The notes beneath the pieces were generated by a model, which saw only the letters and a list, made by a program, of their open reading frames with translations, had not been told where the DNA came from and ran no database searches. A program made the translations under genes and the position numbers. A stretch of 64,000 nt of DNA from Verrucomicrobiia bacterium (lineage in GTDB: Bacteria > Verrucomicrobiota > Verrucomicrobiia > Limisphaerales > UBA1319): positions 640,001-704,000 of the forward strand of contig OY760937.1 in NCBI GenBank assembly GCA_963664225.1, written 5' to 3'. The first letter of the stretch is position 1. Each line of letters starts with the position of its first letter. Below are positions 47,489 to 56,842 of the stretch, in pieces.

Positions 47489-48478
47489 TCAAGGCTGACG
47501 ATAGATGTGTTTCCACTGGAGGCGACAGGCATCGACCACTTCCATGACGGCCAGCGTGTCGTCGAGAGGCATGAGAGGACATTCCAAAAGTCCTTCCTGC
47601 AGACATCGCATGACTTCGGCGATTTCAAATTGATAACCCAGGCCGGGGTAGGGATGTGATAGGACCCGTGGTTCCTTGCCGTGGTATATCAGGGAAAGGG
47701 TGTGGGGTTTCCAGCAAGGCTCGTGGATGCGGATGCGGCCTGTGGTGCCGATGATGTCCGCTTCCTTGAAGGTGTGGAGCATGACGGAGCAGTTGCATGT
47801 GGCCAGTTCGCCTCCGCCAAATTGCATGAGAATGGCCAGCGCCTCGTCCACGCCCGTTGTGCCGATGCCGGCGAAACTGCTCACGCGGTCGGCGCGTCCA
47901 AAGAGCATGTTGGCCAGGGCGATGGCATAAACGCCCACGTCCATGAGCGTGCCGCCACCCAGTGCGGGATTGAGCAGGCGGCCTTGCGGACTCGGATCGC
48001 CTGCATATCCGAAATTCACGTTGATCATGCGGGTCTGGCCAATCGCACCCTCCTGAATCAAACGCATCATTTCCCGGATGGCCGGGAAGAAGCGCGTCCA
48101 CATGGCCTCCATGAGAAAGAGCTTGCGTTCCCGTGCCAAATCAATCATTTGACGCGCCTCCGTGGCGTTCAATGCAAAGGGTTTTTCGCAAAGCACCGGC
48201 TTGCCTGCGTTGAGGCAGAGGTAAACACAGGGGCAGTGCCGGGGATTGCGCGTGGCCACATAGATGATGTCCACGTCCGGACAGGCGGCCAGGTCTTCGT
48301 AGGAGCCAAAGGCCTTTGCGCCGGAATAGGGCTTAACCACCGCTTCAGCGCGTTGCAGGGAGAGTGATCCCACTGCGGTCAAACGCGCGCCGGGTAGGCG
48401 CGGCAGATCGGAGGCAAATTTTGCGGCCATCTGGCCCGCTCCCATGATTCCCCAGCGAATTTCCCGAGGTGTTTTCAT
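47489..48478 (-). CDS. Gfo/Idh/MocA family oxidoreductase
   Basis: WGIMGAG, CEKP, EAMWTRF and GGTLMDVGVY motifs. Confidence 0.92.
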   Translation of the reverse strand: MKTPREIRWGIMGAGQMAAKFASDLPRLPGARLTAVGSLSLQRAEAVVKPYSGAKAFGSYEDLAACPDVDIIYVATRNPRHCPCVYLCLNAGKPVLCEKPFALNATEARQMIDLARERKLFLMEAMWTRFFPAIREMMRLIQEGAIGQTRMINVNFGYAGDPSPQGRLLNPALGGGTLMDVGVYAIALANMLFGRADRVSSFAGIGTTGVDEALAILMQFGGGELATCNCSVMLHTFKEADIIGTTGRIRIHEPCWKPHTLSLIYHGKEPRVLSHPYPGLGYQFEIAEVMRCLQEGLLECPLMPLDDTLAVMEVVDACRLQWKHIYRQP

Positions 48479-48655
48479 CCTAAAAAAGTCTTTGAACTTA
48501 ACCGCAAAGAGCGCAAAGAACTCAAAGAAAACGAGTCACAGTTCTTGCCGGTGGTGAAAGAGTGTCACCCGCCAGGCTGGCTTTGTGGTTAATAATCCGT
48601 GCGTTTCAGTTCCATAAAGCGAGAGCGGATCCAACCATTCTCCGCAACGAAACGA

Positions 48656-49456
48656 TCAGACCGATTTAACGGCTTGGGACAGTTCTCCGACAAAGGCGGC
48701 CACTTTTTCCACCATGTCCGCATTGGCACCGCCCTGGGCAATCCGGTTGACCACGGCGCTGCCGACAACGACCGCGTCGGCGCTGGCGGCGACCACCCGG
48801 GCCTGTTCGGGTGAGGACACGCCAAACCCCACCGCAATGGGCAGGGGAGTATGGGCGCGAATCCGGGTGATCATGGAGCCAATGTCTGCGGAGACGCTGG
48901 CCTGCATTCCCGTGACACCCTCGCGGGAGACGTAATAGAGGAAGCCCGCGGCATGGCGGACAATGGCGTCGATGCGCGAGTCCGGCGTGGTGGGTGCGAT
49001 GAGGAATATGGGGCACAATTGGGAAGCGCTCATCCATTCCACGTATTGGGTGGATTCCTCAGGCGGCAAATCGAGAATCAGCAGGCCATCGACTCCCGCT
49101 TTGGCGGCGCGTTCGATGAACTGTTGCGGACCGAAGTGATGGATCAGATTATAATAGACGTAAAGAACGATCGGGATTTGGGATTGCGCGCGGATCTGGG
49201 TCACACAATCGAGAATCCCGGCCGGAGTCGTGCCGGACGCCAGGCCGCGTTGGGCGGCCAATTGATTGACCAGCCCGTCGGCGAGGGGATCGCTGAAGGG
49301 GACGCCCAATTCGAGCACGTCCGCGCCCGCCTTGTCCATGGCAAGGGCGAGCCTGCGGGTGTGTTCGAGGTCGGGATCCCCGGCGCCGATATAAATGACC
49401 AATCCTTTGCGCTTGTTTTTGGCCAGTCGCGCGAAACGTTCCTGGATGCGGTTCAT
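48656..49456 (-). CDS. trpA: Tryptophan synthase alpha chain
   Basis: [33 protein letters not shown] and VVGSA motifs. Confidence 0.96.
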   Translation of the reverse strand: MNRIQERFARLAKNKRKGLVIYIGAGDPDLEHTRRLALAMDKAGADVLELGVPFSDPLADGLVNQLAAQRGLASGTTPAGILDCVTQIRAQSQIPIVLYVYYNLIHHFGPQQFIERAAKAGVDGLLILDLPPEESTQYVEWMSASQLCPIFLIAPTTPDSRIDAIVRHAAGFLYYVSREGVTGMQASVSADIGSMITRIRAHTPLPIAVGFGVSSPEQARVVAASADAVVVGSAVVNRIAQGGANADMVEKVAAFVGELSQAVKSV

Positions 49457-51270
49457 TGCTCGTAGATCATATCCGAAACGGTGCCGCCGGCCTTGATGAA
49501 CGGAAGCACGTGTTCGCTATATGGCGTGGCCACATCGAGCAGGAACGGCCCCTTGCAATCGAGCATTCGCTGCATTGCGGCCTTGAGGTCCTTTCGGAAG
49601 ATGACCCGTTCACAATCGACGTTAAAGCCTTTGGCAATGGCGACGAAGTCAGGGTAGATCTGGCTCTTCTTCAACGGATCTCCGAGGTAGGTATTGCCAC
49701 GATTACCCGCGTAAAAACGATCTTCCCATTGCATCACCATGCCCAAGTGCTGGTTGTTGAGGATGATGGCCTTGGCGCTGATTTTTTCGATGTGGGCGGT
49801 CGCCAGTTCCTGGATGTTCATGAGGAAGGAGCCATCGCCATCGATATCGACGACCTGTTTGTCGGGACAGGCCACCTTGGCGCCGAGGGCGGCCGGATAG
49901 CCAAAGCCCATGGAACCGAGTCCGGCGCTGGTGAGGAAGCGGCGGGGCTTGTCGAATTTGTAATACTGTCCGGCCCACATCTGGTGCTGGCCCACGCCGG
50001 TGGTGATGATGGCATCGCCGCCGGTCAATTCGTAGAGCATTTCGATGACCATTTGCGGCATGATGATCTGGCTGGCGTCGCCGCCCATGAGTTCGCGGAC
50101 GTGCTGGGACTTGAGCACTTCGTCGGTGACGTGGTAACGCAACGCGCCCTTGATTTTCCACTCTGCGATCTGCTTGTTCCATGCTGAAAAATCGCTTGTC
50201 ACGGGATGGTCCTTCAACAAGGCGTTCAGACGATGAAGGGCGTGCAAAATATCCCCGACCACCGGGAGGTTGGCGGGTTTGTTTTTGTTGATTTCCGAGG
50301 GATCGACATCGACATGGACAATGGTGCCATGCTCGCAAAACTTTTTGACGTTGCCTGTGACCCGGTCATCGAAACGAACGCCAAAGGCCAGGAGCAGGTC
50401 GGCTTTTTCCACGGCCCAATTGGCATAGGGGGTGCCGTGCATGCCCAGCCATTTGAGGGAGAGGGAATTGGTTTCCGGGAAGGCGCCGCAGCCCATGAGG
50501 GTGCTCGTCACGGGGATATGGGTGGCTTCCGCGAATTTGCGCAATTCCTGGCTGGCGCCGCTGCTGATGATGCCGCCGCCGACATAGAGGACGGGGCGCT
50601 CGGCTTTGTTAATGGCCGCGAGGATGTCCAACAAGGCGGAGTCGCTGGCCTCGCGTTTTGGACTGTAGCCGCGCAGGGTGATTTCATCGGAAAAGACCGG
50701 GGCTACGCGGGTCTGCTGGACGTTTTTGGGAATATCGATGAGCACCGGGCCGGGGCGTCCGCTGCTGGCAACGAAAAAAGCCTCTTTGACGATGCGCGCC
50801 AGGTCGTTGGCGTCGGTCACCAGGTAGCTGTGTTTGACCACAGGCAGGGTCATTCCGAAAATATCGGTTTCCTGAAAGGCGTTTTTGCCGATCATGGCCT
50901 GGGCGACCTGCCCGGTGATGGCGACCAGAGGAATGGAGTCCATGTAGGCATCCGCGATGCCGGTGACCAGGTTGGTGGCTCCGGGGCCGCTGGTGGCCAT
51001 GCAAACGCCGACCTTGCCGGAGGCGCGGGCGTAACCTTCCGCAGCGAAAACCCCACCTTGTTCGTGGCGGGGGAGAACCGTGCGGATTTTTTTGGATTTG
51101 GTCAGCGCCTGGTGGATTTCCATGCTGGCGCCGCCCGGATAAGCAAAAATGGTATCAACCCCTTCGCGCTCGAGGGCTGCAACGAGAATTTCGCTGCCCA
51201 GCATTGTGCTCACTGCATTCTTTGCGTCCACGTTTTTTTGCGGTTCCTGCGTTCCAGTCATCTTGCTCAT
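49453..51270 (-). CDS. ilvB: Acetolactate synthase large subunit (biosynthetic)
   Basis: [35 protein letters not shown] and GDGSF...NN TPP motif. Confidence 0.96.
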   Translation of the reverse strand: MSKMTGTQEPQKNVDAKNAVSTMLGSEILVAALEREGVDTIFAYPGGASMEIHQALTKSKKIRTVLPRHEQGGVFAAEGYARASGKVGVCMATSGPGATNLVTGIADAYMDSIPLVAITGQVAQAMIGKNAFQETDIFGMTLPVVKHSYLVTDANDLARIVKEAFFVASSGRPGPVLIDIPKNVQQTRVAPVFSDEITLRGYSPKREASDSALLDILAAINKAERPVLYVGGGIISSGASQELRKFAEATHIPVTSTLMGCGAFPETNSLSLKWLGMHGTPYANWAVEKADLLLAFGVRFDDRVTGNVKKFCEHGTIVHVDVDPSEINKNKPANLPVVGDILHALHRLNALLKDHPVTSDFSAWNKQIAEWKIKGALRYHVTDEVLKSQHVRELMGGDASQIIMPQMVIEMLYELTGGDAIITTGVGQHQMWAGQYYKFDKPRRFLTSAGLGSMGFGYPAALGAKVACPDKQVVDIDGDGSFLMNIQELATAHIEKISAKAIILNNQHLGMVMQWEDRFYAGNRGNTYLGDPLKKSQIYPDFVAIAKGFNVDCERVIFRKDLKAAMQRMLDCKGPFLLDVATPYSEHVLPFIKAGGTVSDMIYEQ

Positions 51271-51304
51271 ATCAGCCTTGGGTCGGACGGCCTGGACGGA
51301 GCGT

Positions 51305-51333
51305 GAAAAGACCACGACCGCCGGCAGCCGTGG
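51305..51333 (-). terminator. Attenuator terminator upstream of ilvB
   Basis: Minus strand CCACGGCTGC-CG-GCGGTCGTGG hairpin followed by TCTTTTC. Confidence 0.7.
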
Positions 51334-51356
51334 ATTGCATCAAGACAGCGTTCTGT

Positions 51357-51431
51357 CTAATGAATCCGTGCGGTGTCAGCGCATGCGACAACGACTACCA
51401 GCATTACCGCTTGCATTAGACAACAAATCAC
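51357..51431 (-). CDS. ilvB leader peptide (Val-rich)
   Basis: GTG at 51431 gives MICCLMQAVMLVVVVACADTARIH*; alternative ATG at 51416; four consecutive Val codons followed by a terminator. Confidence 0.7.
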   Translation of the reverse strand: MICCLMQAVMLVVVVACADTARIH

Positions 51432-51437
51432 GATTGG

Positions 51438-51466
51438 AACGTAACGAACGATGGCCCGGTGGTCAA
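51438..51466 (-). promoter_or_regulatory. Sigma70 promoter of the ilvB leader
   Basis: TTGACC-N17-TACGTT; predicted +1 at about 51431, the G of the leader GTG. Confidence 0.65.
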
Positions 51467-51757
51467 GCATTCCCCCCACTGGTTTTTGGGTTACGAAGGG
51501 AAACGGCGGCCAGGCGGCCCTTGGGCGAGGGGATGGGGTCGGGATGCAACTGGCTTTGGCGGAGGGTTTTGATTGCAATCACAACAAGGGCGAGGTTCAC
51601 AAACAACTGGTTAAAATGAATTTTCTTTGCAATTCAGCCATAGATGGTCTAGTTTGAAGTCAAGCAAAACAATGCAAGTTGCGTGACACTGGCAGGCCCA
51701 ATGGGATGAATGGGGTGAGCGGGCGCCCTGAATCGCAAACGAACAGGTTAGAATACT

Positions 51758-53506
51758 GTGAAAACGATACTCAAGACAAAAAATGTTGTCGCAAAGACAA
51801 CGCCAATTTCCATACCCGCGCATGTGCGGCAGTGGCCGCTGGGGCAGATGCCTCTGTCTGTCCGGCTCGCCGGAGTGCTCCAAAAAATGGGCTTTCGCGT
51901 CCTGGGGGATTTGCACGGCATCCTTTACGACCAGGTGCTCTCAATGCGCAACTGCGGGCAGCGCAGCATTCGCGAGTTGGAGACGCTGGTGGATCGCGTG
52001 GGAGCGGGTGAATTCGATTATGGCAAGGTCAAGGGGCTGGGACTGGAACTGCTGGTTCGCCAGGCCGATGACGCCATCGACAAGATCGACGACCGCGAGC
52101 GCGAGATGCTGCTGATGCGCCTGGGCGGCACGGGCCAGCGCCCGATGACGCTGGAGGAGATCGGAACGGAATTCGATCTGACCCGCGAGCGGGTTCGCCA
52201 GGTGGTCGATTTGCTTTATGATCGAATTTACAAGCATGGCGGTCCCGCGGTGGATTCGATGCTGCGGCGTCTGGCGGAGAAGTGTCTCGAATCGACCTGT
52301 CCGTTGACCCCGGAACTTTTCGACCGGTTGCTTGCGAGCAAATCGATGTCCGGCAAATATCCAGCCGCATTTTACGTTCGACTGGTTGGAGAGCTGCATC
52401 CTGAAATTCCGGCCTGGCCCGATGGTCAGAAGCCTTACCCCAATCTGGACCAGCGCGCACGGGACATCATCCGTCCTGTGGCGGATATCCTGCGTGGGAA
52501 TATCTCCCCTCTGGAATTGTCCGACATTTACAAACGGCTCAAGGAAGCCGGCCAGCCGGCCAATTTAAATCCGAGCGAATTTCTGCGGGCGCTCAAGCAG
52601 TGCAGTTCGCTCACGGTCGAATTCCCCGAACCGGAGCATCCGGTGGTGCGGTTGACGAGCTTGCGCATCTGCGACTGGGTGCAGCGTGTTCTGGCCCAAT
52701 CTCCCCAGCCGTTGCGGCCGGAGGAAATCATCGCCCAAGCCAAGAAGCTGTTTGGCCACGAAGTGCCGCCCATCTCAATCGGGGGATTGCGCAACTCGCT
52801 GCGCCCCGAGCAGGGCATTTACTTGCTGGATCGCCGGGCCTTTGGCATGCGCCAGCATATTCTTCTGCCTGAGAACCTTTGGGCCAAGATGCGCACGGAT
52901 GTTTTCAAGCTGTTGAAGGATGAAAACCGCCCGGTCTCGACGCGCGAAATGCTCAAGCGCAATCGTTTCTCATGGGCCAGCCAGACGAATGTGCATGAAA
53001 TCGCACACATCCTGCGTGAGGACGAGCGGTTTGTCGATCTGGGCCGTTTTCTGTTCGCCTTGAAGACGTGGGGTTTACACGAGCGTGAGCACATCAAGGA
53101 CTTGATTCCCGAGGCGCTCAAGGCTGCGGGACACCCGATGACGGCCACGGAAATCCTGAAGGAACTGCGGCGCAAGCGCTCTGTGGGACGCGCGACCATC
53201 TCCGCGGTGATCCGCCATCACGAGGGGGTCAAACATTATGGTTTTGGTTATTACGGCTTGAAAAACTGGAAGGACATGGACAAGGCCTTCTATGTCACGC
53301 AACCATTGCTGGTGCGCCGGATCATTCTCAACACCGCTCCGCCGCTGACCTTCAGCGGGCTGTGTGAGAAATTGAAGATCCCCGCTAAAGGCAAGCTGGC
53401 CAGCCAGCTTTGGGAAACGATCACCACATTACGCCGGGTCAAGACCAAGCCCGAGACCATGGGGCCTGATACGTTGATCATTCACAAGACCTGGAAGAAA
53501 GAGTGA
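51758..53506 (+). CDS. RNAP alpha-CTD + sigma70 region 4 + multiple winged-helix (HARE-HTH-like) fusion protein
   Basis: LSVRLAGVLQKMG...LGDL...NCGQRSIREL (alpha-CTD); REREMLLMRLG...TLEEIGTEFDLTRERVRQ (sigma4); repeated (V/I)L....P(L/M)...EI units and DERFVDLGRFLFALKTW. Confidence 0.85.
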   Translation: MKTILKTKNVVAKTTPISIPAHVRQWPLGQMPLSVRLAGVLQKMGFRVLGDLHGILYDQVLSMRNCGQRSIRELETLVDRVGAGEFDYGKVKGLGLELLVRQADDAIDKIDDREREMLLMRLGGTGQRPMTLEEIGTEFDLTRERVRQVVDLLYDRIYKHGGPAVDSMLRRLAEKCLESTCPLTPELFDRLLASKSMSGKYPAAFYVRLVGELHPEIPAWPDGQKPYPNLDQRARDIIRPVADILRGNISPLELSDIYKRLKEAGQPANLNPSEFLRALKQCSSLTVEFPEPEHPVVRLTSLRICDWVQRVLAQSPQPLRPEEIIAQAKKLFGHEVPPISIGGLRNSLRPEQGIYLLDRRAFGMRQHILLPENLWAKMRTDVFKLLKDENRPVSTREMLKRNRFSWASQTNVHEIAHILREDERFVDLGRFLFALKTWGLHEREHIKDLIPEALKAAGHPMTATEILKELRRKRSVGRATISAVIRHHEGVKHYGFGYYGLKNWKDMDKAFYVTQPLLVRRIILNTAPPLTFSGLCEKLKIPAKGKLASQLWETITTLRRVKTKPETMGPDTLIIHKTWKKE

Positions 53507-53531
53507 TCTGACATTCCAATGTTTTTTGCAT

Positions 53532-53564
53532 ACGGGTCGGCCTAAAAACCGGCCCGTTTTTTTT
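53532..53564 (+). terminator. Intrinsic terminator
   Basis: ACGGGTCGG...CCGGCCCGT hairpin followed by a T run. Confidence 0.8.
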
Positions 53565-53588
53565 GTGGCTTTTAACCAACAAAGAAGA

Positions 53589-55754
53589 TTACCGCGCTTT
53601 TTCCAAAAGACGGGTGACCAGGTTCGTTTCGGCCAGTGGCCCGGCGCTCAAGGCGAGCAGGGTGGGTTTCCAGGGATCGACCTCCAACGTGAAGCGGTTC
53701 CCATGCGCTTGCAAGGTTTGGGCGCGCAGGTCATAAACATAGGCGGCATTCTTCAAGGCTACATTCACGCGAACCGGTTTTTCCAAATGCTCGTTGCCAC
53801 CCGCCTGTTTGAGGGACTCGCTCATGTGATAGGCGATGTTTCGTTCGAGGGCAACGAGTTGGGTGGCGCCCAATTGGAACCGATGGATCAGAACGTGTGG
53901 GTTTGAAGCACTGTCATCGACCGCGCTTACGATGATTTCAGGGGCGAACGGCATTTGGGACTGAAGCCAGTGTGTCCAATCCGGGCTGGGTTTGGCGCTT
54001 AGTCGATCCGATGCGTAGTTTGCGATATCGCCGTCATGACGTTGCGCGGGGGTGGTGTTGGTGGCGCAGGCGGCCATGGCGCACTCCCACGAGAGCGATG
54101 ATGGGAATTGGTCTTCCAAGGGACTGCGAGAACGGAGCTTTCCGTGAGCATCAAAAATTCCCGGTGTGCCGTCGGAGAACACGACGTGATGGTCATTGGT
54201 CAGAAACTTTTGGATGCGCGCTCCTTCGGTGTCGGACAACGCCAGGGCCTCTGGCAGAACCAAGGCGCGGATGCCCTGACTGTCCAGAAAACCGTTCTCC
54301 ACTTGTTCGGATGCGACGAAGGTGGGGGAGTAGCCCGAGTCCTGGAGGAGTTTGAGCCAGCTCTCGCGCACGCGCACCTGGCGGTTGTGATCCGCCTCGT
54401 AACTGGAGAAGCGGCGGAGCCATGTGGAGCCGTCCACACAGGATTCGACGAGCCAGTCCGCCTGGATGGAGGGTTGGGAATAAAGGATGGCGATGGGATC
54501 GTGCAGCCTTTGCGCGGTCATGAAAAGTCGGGCCAAAGGTCCGGTCATTTCCTTAAGCACAGGAATCAGCGGCTTGGCGCGCGGGGTCAGGGCGTAGTCC
54601 GGGGATTTCCAGTCGATGCAATCCTCGCTCCACCAGACGATGCACCCTTTGTCGCCCTGGAACAGCAAATGCCACAGGCGGCGCGTGGCGGGATTGGTTT
54701 CCTTTTCAAATACGGTGGTCAGAAATGGCTTGCCGGGCATGAAAGAACCCAGTATTTCGCGCGCCGAACCGATGTCGTAGGGTTCGATCCAATCCAGCGC
54801 GTTGGCCATCCGCCACAAATCGTAGCCGCCAAAGGCCGAGGGCATTTGTGTGCCTTCGATTCCAACCGGAGTGCCGGGATCGATGGTGTGAATGGACGCG
54901 CGCAAATTGTCCAGGGTGCGGGCCAGGCTCAGATCCATGTAGGTCCTGAAATCGGCCCAGGGACTGAAATTCCATCGGGTGGGCTGTTTGCGGGCTTCGG
55001 ACAGAACGAGCTGGATTTTCTGGACCGCCTGCCAATCGGGATTGCCTCGGGGCAGTGCATCTCCACTGGCCAGTCGATTTTTAATCTGGTCCGTGGTGAA
55101 AGGGCGCACATCATCCCAGGCGGCGAATTCGGTTTGCCATTGGTGATTCAAGGCGTCCAATGTCGCATACCGGGTTTTCAACCACAGACGGAATCCATTG
55201 AGCGCATGAGGCGAAAAATCGTAATCGAACGGATTGGCGGAGATCGTGATGGAAATTTCGTCGCGTAAATCATAGGCCAGGGGCTTGAACGGCTGGTTCT
55301 GGCGGGCGTTGTTCAGGACCTGCTTGCGGGACCAATCGATCCATGCCGGATCGTCCAGTGAATGATCGCGTTCGAGAGCCGCGGTATCACGCGTGCGCGA
55401 CCATGCGGTGACCAATGACTCCCAATCCGCAGCGCGGGAGTTGAACTTGAGGCAAAGGCCGCGATTGACCACGTTTTCCACATAATACGGAAATTGATTT
55501 GTTGCCCAGAAGTCGGGCGCGGCGTCGCCGAAAACCATTCCTGTATTGATGCCCATTTCCTCCATGCGCTGTTTGAAAAGGGGCAGCCGGGATGCATCTT
55601 TCCAGGCGGAGTCGCCAATCCAGAGAATCGTGCGGTAATCGTTCCATGGGCGGATGGCATCAGGCCGGGGCGTTTGTGCCGGGGCAAAAAGCGGGAGCAG
55701 AAACAGGGCGGCAATAAAAGGCCACGACCGTTGGATTCGATGTGAGAATGGCAT
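53589..55754 (-). CDS. Secreted GH42/beta-galactosidase-like glycoside hydrolase with trimerisation (GATase-like) domain
   Basis: Signal peptide; 'FRLWLKTRYATLDALNHQW..F..WDDV.P', 'WADFR.Y', 'IAILYS' and 'ALVLP' motifs. Confidence 0.75.
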   Translation of the reverse strand: MPFSHRIQRSWPFIAALFLLPLFAPAQTPRPDAIRPWNDYRTILWIGDSAWKDASRLPLFKQRMEEMGINTGMVFGDAAPDFWATNQFPYYVENVVNRGLCLKFNSRAADWESLVTAWSRTRDTAALERDHSLDDPAWIDWSRKQVLNNARQNQPFKPLAYDLRDEISITISANPFDYDFSPHALNGFRLWLKTRYATLDALNHQWQTEFAAWDDVRPFTTDQIKNRLASGDALPRGNPDWQAVQKIQLVLSEARKQPTRWNFSPWADFRTYMDLSLARTLDNLRASIHTIDPGTPVGIEGTQMPSAFGGYDLWRMANALDWIEPYDIGSAREILGSFMPGKPFLTTVFEKETNPATRRLWHLLFQGDKGCIVWWSEDCIDWKSPDYALTPRAKPLIPVLKEMTGPLARLFMTAQRLHDPIAILYSQPSIQADWLVESCVDGSTWLRRFSSYEADHNRQVRVRESWLKLLQDSGYSPTFVASEQVENGFLDSQGIRALVLPEALALSDTEGARIQKFLTNDHHVVFSDGTPGIFDAHGKLRSRSPLEDQFPSSLSWECAMAACATNTTPAQRHDGDIANYASDRLSAKPSPDWTHWLQSQMPFAPEIIVSAVDDSASNPHVLIHRFQLGATQLVALERNIAYHMSESLKQAGGNEHLEKPVRVNVALKNAAYVYDLRAQTLQAHGNRFTLEVDPWKPTLLALSAGPLAETNLVTRLLEKAR

Positions 55755-55904
55755 GCATGAAAAATAGTGATTTTGAGCACGCTTTACCAGAGCGAATGTG
55801 TGGTTCTGCAAGGCACGCCGTCACGTCCTGTTTGCGTTGATTCGGGCGGTTTGGGCAAATCCCGCTGGCCACTGGCGTGCTTCTGCATTAAGATCGTGAT
55901 CAAC

Positions 55905-56840
55905 ATGGTATCATTGCCAAAACCTGAGGTCATCCTGACTCACGAGAGTGATTTGGATGGCTTGGTGTCGGGACTGCTTTTGCAGCGCCTGGCTCAAAAA
56001 CTGTTTAATCAATCGATCCGGCTTGAAGCCTACCCTTACGACGCCTGGCGCCAGAGGACGATGCGCGAGAATTGCGCCTGGACCTCGGATTTTTATTTCG
56101 ATCCGCGTCTGGACAAGCCGGGCTGGGTGGTGATCGACCATCATCCGACCCAGACACCGGCCAAGAATGCCTATTTGATTCATGACTTGGGCAAGTCGGC
56201 CAGCCTGTTGTGTTACGACCTTTGCAAGGAGCAGGGGCTGGGTTCTGAGACTCTGGATAAACTGGTGCGTTACAGCAATATCGCGGACCTGTTTTTAAGT
56301 GACGACCCTGAATTCCCAGTGGCTGTGGATTACGCCAATCTGGTGAAGACCTACCAGTTCTGGAATTTACACGCGGTGATCGAGGGACAATTGGAGCGGT
56401 TGGTGGATCATCCATTGCTTGAGGTGATGGCGGTGAAACGCAGGGTGGAAGACCCGATCGGCCTCAATTGGAGCGAGGCGAACATCGTGGAACTCGCGCC
56501 GAGGGTTGGCTATGCGGACACCGTGCTCGGGAATACGAACCTGATCGCATTCAATCTGCTCGAAAAAAAGAACACCGCCTTCGATGTGGTGATCACTCTC
56601 TTTCGCAAGGGCAATGGCACGGTCATCGCGAGCTTTCGCAGCCGCGGCGGTCAGGCATTGAACCTGGCGGAAAAGTTCCAGGGCGGGGGCCATCCCAACG
56701 CCGCCGGGGCCACGTTGCCGCGTTCGGTGTCGCGCATTCCAGACGCGGTGGATTATTTGCGCAAGGTGCTCACCCCCACGGCTACCCGTGAAGCGCCGCT
56801 CAACAGCCTCGAAAGTATTTTCGATTCGCTCAAACTTTAA
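55905..56840 (+). CDS. DHH/DHHA1 family phosphoesterase
   Basis: THESDLDG, IDHH and SFRS...GGGHPNAAG motifs. Confidence 0.88.
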   Translation: MVSLPKPEVILTHESDLDGLVSGLLLQRLAQKLFNQSIRLEAYPYDAWRQRTMRENCAWTSDFYFDPRLDKPGWVVIDHHPTQTPAKNAYLIHDLGKSASLLCYDLCKEQGLGSETLDKLVRYSNIADLFLSDDPEFPVAVDYANLVKTYQFWNLHAVIEGQLERLVDHPLLEVMAVKRRVEDPIGLNWSEANIVELAPRVGYADTVLGNTNLIAFNLLEKKNTAFDVVITLFRKGNGTVIASFRSRGGQALNLAEKFQGGGHPNAAGATLPRSVSRIPDAVDYLRKVLTPTATREAPLNSLESIFDSLKL

Positions 56841-56842
56841 TT

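Noticed and set aside
51758..53506. Bona fide sigma factor or rpoA
   Set aside because: Lacks sigma region 2 and the alpha N-terminal dimerisation domain; only the C-terminal modules are present.
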